NCBI GenBank assembly: GCA_964016885.1
Contig: OZ024753.1
Span: 434,001-498,000, forward strand
Direction of reading: 5' to 3'
DNA from: Eledone cirrhosa
Taxonomy: Eukaryota
DNA: 64,000 nt
Shown: positions 1 through 13,589 of the stretch, piece after piece
How positions within the stretch are numbered: the first letter of the stretch is position 1
Layout of the letters: every line of letters starts with the position of its first letter
The notes under the pieces: generated by a model
The model's input: the letters and a program-made list of their open reading frames with translations, nothing else
Databases searched by the model: none
What the model was told of the DNA's origin: nothing
Made by a program: the position numbers and the translations under genes

Positions 1-845
1 GAAATATGCTAATTTTGAAATATCTAATTTAATTTTGATATGATGACTTAAAAACGCTCTTCTCACTTTGAAGTGATATATGCTCACTTAGAATTTCAAA
101 TATATATAGCAGTATCGAGCTGTCCTCGCGAGGACTGCGCACTGGTTATTGTGAACGCATAAAATAATGAGCGAAATCGATAAAGATTTTGTTGAAAGCA
201 GTGTCCCAGCATGGTCGAAATTCAGTGACTGAAACAAGCAAAAGAACAAAAGGAAGGTTGTGGAACGTTATGGAAAAACAGATCTGTTGTCTGCATTTAT
301 AGGATTGTCTGTATGTGTGTGTGTGTGTTGGATTGTGCTTGTGTGTGTTTATGTATGCGGTGAACATGCGTCAAAGTATATGAGTGCCTGTGTATGTAAA
401 CAAATGTAATATATAAATGCGCGCAAATGAATATGGGGATGGGCGCGTGTGAGAGTATGTGTGTGTGGGGGGATGGGCGCGTGTGAGAGTATGTGTGTGT
501 GGGGGGATGGGCGCGTGTTAGAGTATGAGTGTGTGTATGTGGGGATAGGCGTGTGTGCGTATGTTCATATATGTGTTGTGAGAGTAAGTGTATGTGTGTG
601 CATACATCTCTGTATATGTATGTAAGTATATATTAATGTATGCGTAAGCGTGAGCGATTCTCAATCAATCAGTAACTGATTCATTATCGATTACTACTAC
701 CCAACAAGGTACAAGCTACTAACCTTCAGCACACACGTTTTTAATTTCGCAATATTGCGTAATCGAAGAAGTTATAAGTCTAGTTTTCGTGTTTATATAT
801 ATAATGATATAAAATAAATGGAAACTTTATTTATAAAACCATATT

Positions 846-910
846 TATTTTATTATATATATTTCAAGGGCGACCAAGACAACATTGGTGCGCTTTCATC
901 AGATAAAATA
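846..910 (-). ncRNA. Minimal type I hammerhead ribozyme motif (family A), inverted partner of 1110-1174
   Basis: Minus strand: TATTTTAT-CTGATGA-stem II-GAAA-TATATA-TA-ATAAAATA. Confidence 0.8.
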
Positions 911-1109
911 CAAAGTTTGTTTTTTGAATTCTCTCTCTTTCTCCAGTGTCATTTAAATAAACGGTTGCTTTTCAATTATTTACATATTCATTTGCATATT
1001 CACACATAAGTTTAAATAATCCCTAATATATTTCCACTATCCAGTGAATTTCCAACCGATAAGGTATGATTTTCATGGGTATGTCTCTATATTTATAAAA
1101 CAAACTTTG

Positions 1110-1174
1110 TATTTTATCTGATGAAAGCGTACCAATGTTGTCTTGGTTGCCCTTGAAATATATATAATAAAATA
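1110..1174 (+). ncRNA. Minimal type I hammerhead ribozyme motif (family A)
   Basis: Stem I TATTTTAT/ATAAAATA, CTGATGA 1118-1124, stem II AAGCGTACCAA/TTGGTTGCCCTT, GAAA 1155-1158, palindrome TATATA, UA cleavage site (after 1166). Confidence 0.82.
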
Positions 1175-1294
1175 AATATGGTTTTATAAATACAGTTTCC
1201 ATTTAATATCAGTGAATATTTACTCCAGTAACTTGTTGAGTGCTCTAAAACATTTATGTTTGTCGGACTTCCAACAAATTACATACAACTTCTA

Positions 1295-1343
<49 letters not shown>

Positions 1344-1344
1344 C

Positions 1345-1990
1345 ACGTGTTCCAGCCGACAGGCTGTGGCCATGCTGGGGCACTGCCATACTTTCTACAG
1401 CCAGCCAGCCAGCCATCCTTGGTTGGTCATTGATGCAAAAAGGAGCTTGTTGATGTCTCCTTTATTTGCGCCTGGCCTCGTGCTATGAGTTCATCCGGGA
1501 TTTTGGTTTGCAAAATGTCGAAATGTTTCTTGAGAATATTTACATGAACACCATGTACATCTCTCAGACATTTTGGGGAGCTTATTAAAGAGTTGGGGGC
1601 TATTGCAGTATGTGGTCTTTATTCTTGATGCGAAGGGTGGGATCTTTGGCACTACACAGTGGCGTCGTGTGCGTGGGCTGGTCCGGGCCTCAATACCGAA
1701 ATTTGGTGCGGGCGCTTCCAGGATTTTCCATACGTATATCTCTGCTTATATCTCCCGTCTTCGCTCCAATGAGTAGAGCTTTAGTTCTTTCATCCTCTCC
1801 CATCATATCTTGCACTAAAGCAACCCTCTTAGTGTAGCTTCGTTGGATTGCTTCAAGTTCTGTGGTTAGTTTGCCACCACCGCTGAGAGCAATAGTCCAG
1901 TCGGCTGAGGACGAAAGTTCTCCAGAGGACTAACATGGTTTCCGGGTCTCTTGTCCTAAAAGTCTCCAGAATCCATCTGATTGACACCTA
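1345..1990 (-). mobile_element. CR1/L2-group LINE 3' fragment (degenerate); related copies at ~36130-36830 (+) and ~54555-55200 (-)
   Basis: Shared sequence among the three copies, with RT C-terminal-type peptide remnants (WRTFVLSQLNHCSLLWS...AIQRSYTKRI). Confidence 0.7.
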
Positions 1991-2599
1991 TATTGTTCTG
2001 CTCGCTGGAACAAAAAGATCAACTGCCTGCCTCTATAGTTGAAGGCTGACAAACATTTTGAAGCCAGTAATCTCTTGACAATCTGCAGGTGACCTCCAGT
2101 TATCTATTCCTCCAGACGACCTGGTGACACTTGTCCCAAACAAAGGAACTGAATATCTACGTGACTAAAAGTTCATGTATGGTCGCATTGACCTACTTAG
2201 CCAGGCTGGTAACAGAAGTTCAAATCAGACTGACTGCATTCGCTACATATATGAGTTAGTTAAGTTAAAGTCTGTTCTAAGCCAAAGGCTCATCAGGCAG
2301 GTGCTTATCCCTGGTTTCCTTGGTGTTAAGCAACTGAGATTACAAGACTCTCACTGGATAGGACGCCAGTCTATCGCAGGATTAACTTCCCAGCTACTGC
2401 TGGTACTCATTCTCAGTTGAGTGTACTGGAGCAATGTGAAATAAAGTGCTTTGCTCAAGAACACAACACAGTACCCTATCCAGAAATTGAACCGATAATG
2501 TTACGATTGTACGGCAAGCATCTTAACTATTAAGCCATGTCCCGTCACATGATGATATATATAATGGCGCCACATCCCAAAAGAAAACTAAAAATAGCC

Positions 2600-3470
2600 G
2601 ATCCAAATGTTCCTAAAGTGACGGAGTTCAAGTTCCTAGGGAGGGAATATAGTACCAGGCCCTGGATTAGACGTCCTACAACAAATATCCTTGGCATCGC
2701 AAGAGCTCAGCCGACCTAGAACTGCAATATGGTCGTCTCAAAATATTTCGAGAAGATTAAAACTCCAGCTCTACTGTGCACTGATATAACCGGTAGCCAT
2801 ATATGCAGAGGCATAACTATGGTATGGCAAGCATGCCACGTGCCATAGGCTCCACGTGAAGGGGGTGCCACTTGGACTAGGAGCACGTTCTATTAAAGTC
2901 AAATAAGCCTCGTCGCAGAGTGAAAAAAGAAACTCCTTCAGATGTATGATGTGTCTCTGATTATCATGCGTGTGAAACACTATGGTGGCTGTATCAAACC
3001 ATTTATATAAATTATTAGGCCCAGAGGTAAAAATACAGTGTTGGGCAGGGGCGCAACTTCACTGCTTGCCAAAGGCGCTATTTTCCCTAGTTACGCCTCT
3101 GCATATATGGCTCAGAAATTTGGATTACAAAAAGCGAAGAAATGTGTGCTCATGGAGTTTGAAATGAAATACTTAAGGGCGATGCTTGGTGTAACGCATG
3201 GATGGGAAATGCACATGAACACAGCTGAATAGGACCGACTAAGACAATTGAAGATACTGTAATTTTAGGACAACTCAGATAGTTTGACCATGAAGTCAGT
3301 AGTCATGAGGGAACAATGATCAATGCGAGCTACAAGTCAGATTTCACAAACCCGAAACAGAGGACGGCTTCTGAAGAGACATTTGCGACTACTGAGGGAT
3401 ACAACTGAGAGACAAGAGACCGCGACCAGTGGAGAAGGGATGTCGTTTGTTGTGTTACGAGGGGACAAAG
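2600..3470 (+). mobile_element. RTE-like LINE fragment (degenerate)
   Basis: FEMKYLRAMLGVT motif typical of the RTE post-RT region; frameshifted. Confidence 0.5.
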
Positions 3471-3878
3471 AACTATGTCACTTTCCTTTTTTTTTTTTTT
3501 TTTTTTTTTACTTCTTATAGGCCGTGTCAGGCTTGGTCTATCTACCCCTACTCAACTAGCTGTTAGATATATCTGTCTGTCTCTCACTCTTTTCCTCTCC
3601 AATTTCTCTTTATCACTCTCTCTTGAAAGGCAAAATTGATTCCGGCGACATTTGACCTCAGAATACAGAACCGTATACCACACACGTATACACATAAACA
3701 CACACGTATACACATAAACACACACGTTCACACATAAACACACACGTTCACTCTCAAAAGGTACACGAACATATATTTAAACTCATACTAAGTCACTTGT
3801 CTAGAAATAGTAACTACGACTAAACATCAACAAAAATAACGGCTACACCTATCAACTAAACAGACACACAAACATATA

Positions 3879-3914
<36 letters not shown>

Positions 3915-3946
3915 TGTATGTATGTATGTATGTATGTATGTGTGTG

Positions 3947-4053
<107 letters not shown>

Positions 4054-4982
4054 AGAAATACAAAAAGTACTGGAGTAGACATAAGGTCTAGGATGCGATA
4101 CACAAACGACAGCGATAACCTCAACAACAACGATAATAGTAATTAAAGCAATAAAGAATCGGGAATGTCAGTTTATCTCATGGAATTCGATGTATCGAAT
4201 TGCCAACTCGTATTCTATCATCGAATTGTTAGGTTGTTTTTCACGAGAGATTATCTGTCAGAAGCAACGTAGACAACCTTATCGTTTAGTATTGATTGCA
4301 GCTGTTTTTAGTTGTTCCGGCTGGACTAAGATCTGTCGTCTGCCGAAAGGAATAAATTGTCTCTCATTGAAAGCAATAAAATTCACTAAAACAGAGTAGG
4401 TTTTTGTGGTGTATGGAGAAGATTCGAACCACCAAGAGAGGATCTACGTAGTTGAGTGACGTACTAGATATAACAGCTAAATTTCACACCTATCAAACAT
4501 CCATTGATAGACATATTATCCTAGAATTGCGCGATGCATTATTTCTGAATAAAAGATTGGATGTCATATTAAAAACACTACACCCACAACACTGTAGTAA
4601 TCTCATTTCGTTTCGTCAAAACACTACAACAGCACTGCATCCACACTACACCAACAAACAAAACTAGACCAACTCTACAACAACACTACACCCACACTAC
4701 AATACCAGCACTACACCAATACTAGAAATAGCAGCCAACTAGTCCCCAAATCACAACGTTAAAAAGGAGGAACACATTGGAAAATGTAGTCATAGATTTA
4801 TCAATCCTCCACTTTCTCAACCAGATTTGACAACATTCAAAACTCATCGAACATGAAATACATTTGAACTATATTCTATCGAGAACAGGTCGTTGAGATT
4901 CACCTCTATCTTCTTGTGGTGACTCTCCAGAAACTCTTTGGCACTATTTGTTCCAATGTAGAAATTATCAGTCTGAGAGAGA

Positions 4983-5023
<41 letters not shown>

Positions 5024-6022
5024 GGCATGTTGAAACCAATCTCTAAAAAACTACCAAGGTTAGAAGTTCAATATATGATTATAGGTCTACCAAATATAAA
5101 CCAAATCTTTAAGTACATGGCAGCTACGAAAAGATTCAACAAGAGAAATGTCTAGCTGTTTTACAACTTCCCTTCTTTCCTGATCCCTTTTTCGTTTTCT
5201 TATGCATAATCTGCTTCCCATTGGCCTTCAATATCTGAAATTTTATTTTATTTTTTCCCCTAATTTTTTTAATTACTTGTCTCACTATCTCTTTTGATTA
5301 CCAACTGTAAGGAGTACTCGATACTTCCGCTAGTCTGTCATGGCTTACTAGCTCTTTACGGACGTTTAAATTGAATAAATAAATAACTATCGTATGAATG
5401 CTTGATCGGACGTTTACGACTGAAGCAACTATTCTCATTAAAAAGCAGCAGTATTTTCTGCAAAACTTTTATTTAATTATCTAGTTATTCACCTAATCAT
5501 TTCTTTATATATATATTTTTTTTCTTCACGTTTTTAAATGGTTTTCCAATAAATTGATATATTGCGTTTTGTTTTCTATGTCTATTTTCATGCAAGTTTT
5601 TTTCTCATTTTCTGGCCTTCCATCCTTTTATGGAGAAAAGTTATTTTACGGGCGGTTTAACGGTTTTATAAAACACGAACCCGAAATGCAGAAAAACAAA
5701 TAATAGATTTCGTTAAAGAAAAAAATGTATATAATGATATAATTAAAATGCATTAATTACTTTAATCTGAAAAAAATAATAGATTGATGTTTTTTTTAAT
5801 CCGATGGAGATAATTATTTCTTGAATTGACAGATGAGAAAATTTAACTAACATTTCGGGTAAATTAGTAATCTGGGACGCCACGTTTTCCACCGAACCTT
5901 GTCGTTTTGGCCTCAAACCAGGACTCCACCGCCCGTAACGTGGAGGGTAGGAAGATAGCTAAATACCTGGATTTAACCAACCACTTCTTCGTGTCGGTCA
6001 CCGTCAAGATCTCTGGTGTCCT

Positions 6023-6440
6023 CAGACCTATCAACTCTCCACCGTCCGACGTGGAGATCTCCCACCCACTTTGGGGTGGGTGAGAGATGTCTTCTTTTGT
6101 GAAAATGGGTATAGCTTTCATTATGTAAAATCTTCCCATTTTGCTTCATTTCTCTCCGTTTTGGGCACTTTTTGTCATGGTACTCCCCCTTTGGGCTTTT
6201 AGAGGTTGGCAGGTCTGCATTGATAGAATAACTAAAACACTCATCGTCGAAACCAAAGATCATCGTGTGTTGAATTTTGAAAAAGTATTTGTACTTCGGT
6301 CCTTGGTTTTTTTCACACCAGACCTGTCAACTCTCCTAGTCCGACGGGGAGATCTCCCCATTTTGCCTCATTTCTCTCCATTTTGGGGCACTTTTTTTTA
6401 TGGTACTCCTCATTTGGGTTTTTAGAGATTGGCAGGTGTA
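6023..6440. mobile_element. Two tandem TIR MITEs (6023-6217, 6319-6440)
   Basis: TIRs CAGACCT(G/A)TCAAC / GTTGGCAGGTCTG. The same element occurs at 17609-17817. Confidence 0.75.
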
Positions 6441-7359
6441 TGTCCTCGTTCTCCGAACTGCCGTTTTTCCTCCGTAAAATCGAAAGGAGTGCATCTCGCC
6501 TGAGGAAAGAACCTGTAGCGGTTGTCTCCCTTGTTTTGATTGGGATCTAGACGGGAAGTAGAACCCTTTCTGCAACTTCCGGTCAGAGCCCTATAAAACT
6601 AACAACTTTAAGCTTTCTAACTCTCTTTGCCTTTTCGGCACCAGGTCAAGAGCCTCTCATTTGGCTCTGCCATTTTTTTGGCCAACAGGCGCCTGGCCTT
6701 AGCCAGGCGTCCTCTGCCAGCCGCGTTTGCCTGGCAATCAAAACGGTAACTACTAACTTTGTTTCATTCTAACATCTATTCCTATTGACATGTCAACTAT
6801 ACTATCTACCATTGTTAATTAAATATTATACACACAAACTATGTATTCCTTGTTACATTCATACAACCTAGTATCCTCGCTATAAACCCGTGAGGTAGAG
6901 TAGATGATGCAGTGGATGTCACTGGATGTCCTCCGTTGCAATGTCTTCGCCATTATGTCTGTGGGGCGCAGCTGAGATACACCTAGACTGCCCACCTTCC
7001 CCCCACTTCTGCTATTAACTTTTTGTCTCCTATCCTTTTCGATTTTTTTCTTAATATGCAAACATTGACGGATTCCATGAGCATGCTATTCCATTATTAG
7101 AATTATTGTTGTACTCATCGCCGTAACCGACGGAGGTCCAACAACAAGTATATGAACGTATATGTTAGTGTTTTATTTTGTACCTTAGTCAAAAGTGAAC
7201 AACGAAGTGGTGTATGATTTTTGCAACGTCTGGTGGAATTGATGTGGTTAATGTTAAACTGTTGGAAATTGCCTGCTGAGACAAAATATAGTCAGAGAAA
7301 GAATTCTAAGAGGATTGTACTGTACTGCATTCTAAATCCAGTCTTCTCTCTCTCTTTCT

Positions 7360-7411
<52 letters not shown>

Positions 7412-8164
7412 ATAGTGTGTGTATGTGTGCGTCTATCTGTTTGTGTGACTTATATGCTAGAATAGAAATATAGATGTTCGATAAGTGAACAACCATACGA
7501 TATGTGACGTCAGCCGGAGATTGGTGACATCGGCCGGATACACATGGCATCAGCTGCATTTGTTTGTCTTTATTTTTACGCAGCGACATCTTTTCTTACA
7601 AAGCTTCTCAAAGTAACTCATATGACGAGCCAACAAAGAAACCTTTGTCTGCTAGAAGTAGCAGCCAAACTTTCCTTAAACCATACTTTCTTCTGCTTCC
7701 CTCACTTATTCCTGAGAATACCATATCATCTGTCAATATATAAATTTGAGCAATTTCCGTCCGTCCGTCACACAATGTGTGTTTGTGTGTGTGTGTAAAA
7801 AGAAGGAAGAGGATGGTGAAAGATCTATAGCAAAACAGCGGCTGGCGTTACATTTTCTACGAGAGTAGTTGAAAATGATTAATTAAAAGAGTTGGCAGGT
7901 GGTATTGGGTGAAAGGAGTCGCGTAAATAGCAAATTACATATGGAATATAATATAAAGATATACTATAAAATAAAATATAAAAAATAAATTAAGGTACAG
8001 ATCCCAAATATATGTCATAATAGAATATATATACTCCCTAGTTTATGTAAATCAACTATTAAGATGAATTGTAAGAGGTAAATATATCTCGATTTTTGTT
8101 TTCTTTTCAAAACAGCAGTTTATATTTTTGCTGCATTTTTATCTGAACTAACAGCTTTACAATA

Positions 8165-8345
8165 TGTTATACGAGCATTGTGCATTTCAACTTGCAGATT
8201 CTCCTGTTACACGAATATTGTGCATTTCAACTTGCAGTTTCTCGTACTATACGAAGATAATGCAGATCAACTTGCTGCTTCAACTGTTGTACGAAAATTG
8301 TGCCGTTCAACTTGCAGTTTCTCCTTTTATACCAAGATTGTGCAC
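8165..8345. repeat. Degenerate tandem repeat, ~40-bp unit (GTTACACGAATATTGTGCATTTCAACTTGCAG...)
   Basis: TCAACTTGC recurs at ~8187, 8227, 8267 and 8307. Confidence 0.8.
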
Positions 8346-9416
8346 TCTGGTGTATCTTTCAAACCAAACAGAATTAGCAATACATGTTTATTCAGTTCCC
8401 ATTAGAATCTAATCTATTTTTAAAGTTTTCTTTAATTGCTGAGAAGATACTTTGATCTTTTATGGTAATAGTCTTGAATTTATATGTGGTTGTAATCTTC
8501 CACCCACAAGGACAAAAGATGCCCCATCTACTAATATAATTGTTTCTACTTTGGGTACAAGGCCAGCAATTATCTCAGTACATTACTGGTACTTTATTTT
8601 ATCGACCCCGTAAGGATGAAAGGCAACGTGAACTTCGGCGGGATTTGAAATAGAAAGAAGACAGTCAAGAAAAAAGTTCTAGTGTTTGGGACAAGAGGAA
8701 TGTATCAACGTTAGGTAATAAATCTACTAATATAATAGGCGTGTGTGTTTGTCCGTAACGCAGTAGAGATGACTGAGGAAGGAAGGGGTGTGACGTCGAC
8801 TGAGGAAGGAAGAGGTGTGTTCGTGTGTTTGTATCACTTGTGTGAGTGAGCGCGAAGGAACCAAACAAACATCTTTTTTATATTATGTATAGATATTAAA
8901 AGTAGCCGTCATCTTTGACGGCACGGGACCAGATAGTTTTCAAATATAATACTGATTTTATTGCTTCTTGTTTGCTTGCCTGAAGTTGATATAACTTTTC
9001 CTTTTGTCTTATCATTTATTTTGTATTATCGGTAGAGAGTCGGACACCATGCTTTAAAGCATAGAGTTATGTCCCTTTATGATCTGAGTTCAAATCCCGC
9101 CGAGGTTAACTTTGCCTTTCATCCTGACTGAGTCGATAAAATAAAGAACCAGTAATGTACTGGGTACTTGCTGGCCTTGTGCCAAAAGTAGAAACAATTA
9201 TTAATTGCCTGTACTGTTTCTTGATTCAATTCTATGTCTTGCTCTACTTTTGCTTTCGTGTCACCACATACATATTTTTTATAGTTTCTAATTTATAACC
9301 TAACGTTGACACATTCCTCTTGTCCCAAACACTAGAACTTTTTTTCTTGGCGGTCTTCTTTCTATTTTAGTTTCTTAGTTATTGAGGTTAGTTTACGTAT
9401 TGTATTTTAGTATATA

Positions 9417-9702
9417 CTAGCAGAATGGCCCGGCGTTGTTCGGGATTTGCTCTAGGGTTCTTATATTATTGATATATATTTATCCTTATCGAGCCTCGTG
9501 AAATAAATACGTTTGTTTATATTTTGTTATTGTGTATGCAAACATATCTGTACACTAATATATAATTATATATATATATATATTAAAATAACAGATTAAA
9601 GTTTAAGCAAAGAATCGCTGCTTTCACCCTTAACGGGATCTTCTGAAACTAAAAAAAAATCAATCTGTGAACGCAGAAGTAAATATTTCGAAAAACGTTA
9701 CA

Positions 9703-9766
<64 letters not shown>

Positions 9767-10087
9767 TATATATATATAATATATATATATATATACATAC
9801 ACACACACACACACACACATATATAGCGTCATAATGTCGTAATGCAGACAGACAGATATTATAAGGGCGCGACGTTATATCTATGTATCTATCTAAAAAG
9901 AAAGACTAAGAATTATAGAGAGAGAGATCGCTAAATCGTCTAATGCGGTCACTAGGGCATTGAAAATTTGAAATATTGTTTGCTCAAAACACTCACAGGA
10001 CCATAAGTATTACACGTGTAAAGTTTGAAAACAATCGGTTGGGTGGTTCTCGAGTTTTAGGGAGTCAGACAGACAGACTCTTTTAGA
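9417..10087 (-). mobile_element. Non-autonomous Helitron-like element with nested repeats
   Basis: Minus strand starts A^TC and ends with a CCCG..CGGG hairpin followed by CTAG^T; subterminal (CTGT)n. Confidence 0.55.
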
Positions 10088-12684
10088 TATATATATTATC
10101 ATGTTTATCCAGGTTAAAACCCTCTAGCTTGCATTGAAACACTCACATATAGATATATAAAGTGTTAAGTTACAATTTTAATAGTAACTAACCACCATAC
10201 TACATCGACTACCAAGTGTGTTGCATTGATTCTTTGATTTAGATATGTGACTGTTAAGTTGTTCTCTGCTGCGTCTGCGCATTGTGTATATACTTTTTGT
10301 GGGTTTACTTGAAAAACGTATTAATTCGAAAACCGTGCAATTCGTGTACTCAAGACTTGACCTTTTTGTTAACGATTTTTTTCGTATTTCGTATCATGCT
10401 AAGCCTGGTGAAGCCCATCTCTTTTCTTATTTGACAACAGAGGAAAGAAATGCCCCCAGTACCGGACTAATGCTTTATTTATCAACCTAGTAAGAAGGTA
10501 AGGCAAAACTAACCTCGGCGGGATTTGAACTCATTCCGTAAAGAGTCGGAACGAATATCAAAAGACATTCCCTCAGACGATTAAATCATCGCCTTACAGC
10601 ATGGGTTGCAAATAAATAAATTGTGGCGTCGTAAAATTACATTGTGTGCTGTTTATGCTGTTTCTATGTGGGAATTTTATTTTTAATTTTTAGGCAAAGC
10701 AGTTAGAGTTTTTTGTTAATTGGTGTTTGCTTGATTTTTTTTCTTTTTTCTTTTAAGCATCTTCTGTTGATACGAATACTTGATAAGGCCTTGATAAGTG
10801 TCTTTGTTAAGAATCTAAAGGCTTTGATAAAACAAATTTACTGTTGACACGCGTTATCCATTTATATCCAAGTATGTTTTCAGCGTATTTTTGTGTATAT
10901 GGACGTACTTAAATGAATTATTTCTTATCTCAATGTCCATCCCTAAACATATTTCTTTTAATCGCTTGATCGGGAAAGGAAAGCAGTGCTCGTGATTCTA
11001 TGTATAGCCGTCATGTCTGGAGGGAAGGAGTGATCTCTCCCGAAAACATGAAGCATAGTCGGCTCTGCTTCAATCACCCAAGAGCTATTTGGTGATATTA
11101 AATTGGACGACGAATTAAGTCTACGCTCGATTTGGCTGCCGTGGGATTTCAACTCAGAACGCAAAAACGATCTCTGCAATTCTGCCAGTCCACCACCCTA
11201 GATTGGTACTTTATCTTATCGACCCCGTATGGATGAAAGGCTATGTCGTTATCGCTTAGTTCGTTGACGAAAAAAATAATGAAAGTTAAAGCAATATGTC
11301 GGGTGACGAGACTTTCGGACCACCCTGTACTTAATCAAATAAAGCGCAAAATCGAATACGTTGTTGCAAGTTCGTATAGTTCTCCCGTCACAAAAGAACC
11401 CCTGCTTTTAATTATAATTGACACGCTTCTTGAATGGAGGCTATGGGCACAGGGCCTCCAAGAGAAATTTTGCAAGGTGGTACAAGAATCCTTTGGGGCC
11501 CGAAGCAGGCAAAGATTTTTCTCAAAATGGATGTTGCATGGTTACAGTGAAGCCTTCTTAGTCCTTGGCCCCCAGAACAAAGTACCAGCTTTCCCCTCCC
11601 CTCCCATAGGCCACGAGTCGATAAAAAAAAAACACTCATTCGGTACGGATTCAAATCTCATCAAAGGTACTGGGCTGTTTCAAGCATGCCTCCACTTATT
11701 ACAGGTCCATATCCTATTTTTGCTTAATTTATTTCGAGGGGAAGGGGGTCATGATTTTGTAGAAAATAAACGTCGTTATAGTAAATTAAATAAACCGAAA
11801 GACGATATATGTCGGTGGGTGCGAGTTTGTATCATTTGCATATTAAAAATGTAGTTTTCCTTTTCCATAAATTAGCGCGCGCACGCACACACACACACAC
11901 TTTCTAGCAGAATAACAACGAGAGAGGGCGATATTTCTGCTACTTTAAAATATAAGTGATTGTACTTTTTTAGTATAGCTTCCTCTTCGCCCACTTATTC
12001 CTGGGAGGGTCGTGAAAAAAAAAAGGGGGGGGGGGTCGTGAAAAGGGGGGGACGACGACGACAGGGTCTTCAAAAACAGGGTCTCCTGCCGTTTGGCTTT
12101 GCCTTGTCTATACGATACCCGCTTGCTCTTCGCCCACTTATTCCTGAGAGGGTCGTGGGCGCAGAGTTCTCAAACACTCCTTTCAGCGGGTCCTGTCAGA
12201 AGGAACCGTCTCCAACTGATCCGGCTGGATCCCCAAGCGAGACCATCCAAGCTTATGGATGTTATCAAACCATCTTGCCCAGAGTCTACCCCTGGGTCAC
12301 CTGCCGGTTGGTTTTGCCCCGTCTATATGATACCTATTTTTCAAATAGATGACTGAGCCAGTGAGATTAAATTCAATGCCATTGTCATATGTATTGTTTT
12401 TGTTTTTGTTTCTGATTTTAATAAATACATTCTGTTAGTGTGTGTGAATATATACAGTGTCTCGAAAAATGTATACACACTTTAATTACATGTACAGTCA
12501 ATATTTATTAGAATGCTGTTGACGTGTGCGTGTGCGTGTTATGTAAACGCCGTAGAGGATGCATTAAGATAATCTCTGTATGGAAGAAACATAAGCTTAT
12601 CTAACCCTACATCACCATCACTAATACTTTTAATTTTATAAACACCACCACACCCTAGAAAAATACAAAAGCATGAATTAATTT

Positions 12685-12724
<40 letters not shown>

Positions 12725-12730
<6 letters not shown>

Positions 12731-13174
12731 GAAGCATTTCTGAATTTGGAGGGTAGAGGCAAATCTGGTCAATTTAGTTGTAGTGATTAGTTTAGCTCTT
12801 TGCACTTTCAAATGGTCAGAAAATGCAATTTGAGTCCAAGCAAGTCATATTACATTTACAGCTGTCAATAATTATAAAGTGATTATAGCAAAATGACCTA
12901 CAAAATCTGTCTCTGAATACACATACTAACAATTGGCAAATAGTGATATGTGGAGAAAAAATTTACTATGAAGGTTAGCATAATATATTACACTGTTATT
13001 ATCAAATATCAACCAAGATATATAAAAAAAATTCGATATGCGATAAACATAACATGTACATAAATTGTAGCGTGTATACAAATACATGTGTTTTGATAGT
13101 TTGGGGAGAAAAAACAATTATTGGGAGGTTGGGGCGTGGTCTCCCTGACCCCCTCCCAGTTCCACCGCCCCTGA
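12725..13174. mobile_element. MITE-like repeat (end CCACCGCCCCTG); partial copies at ~14490-14730 and ~54410-54537
   Basis: Shared GGAAGCATTTCT..CAATTTAGTTGTAGTGATTAGTTTAG and CGATATGCGATAAACATAACATG blocks. Confidence 0.6.
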
Positions 13175-13386
13175 TGGTGTAAAACAACAAAGGAGAGACA
13201 CAAAATAAAATAAAAAACTAGTCACTGAGGAGGTCACAGAATGTGTGATGAAAGAGCTTTGACAATATATAAACAACCATCCGGTTATCGAGCCAATCAA
13301 CCAACCAACCGGAAATGTATAATAAATTGAAATGAAAACCAACAGGTGCATGCGTTTTTATTGGCAACATGACCCTCCCAAAGTAT

Positions 13387-13470
<84 letters not shown>

Positions 13471-13474
<4 letters not shown>

Positions 13475-13589
13475 CGAAGGAATTGTGGTAAGGATCCAGA
13501 TGGACCATAACGCACCAAAGTACTCAATACTTAGAAATAGCCGTCGAAACGGCTTGAGCTCTGCCGTCGGGGTCATAGTTGTTCCTATA
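13471..13589. mobile_element. Family B Penelope-like pLTR fragment with inversion
   Basis: Reverse-complement 3' tail joined to a forward AGCCGTCGAAACGGC...GCCGTCGGGGTC; flanked by (TA)n. Confidence 0.65.

Noticed and set aside
8165-8345. CRISPR-like regularly spaced repeats (also 30208-30370)
   Set aside because: The units are degenerate tandem copies without unique spacers, the context is eukaryotic, and no cas genes are present.
11243-11854. 203-aa ORF
   Set aside because: No recognisable domain or splice context; it begins at a SINE edge and is probably chance or TE-derived.
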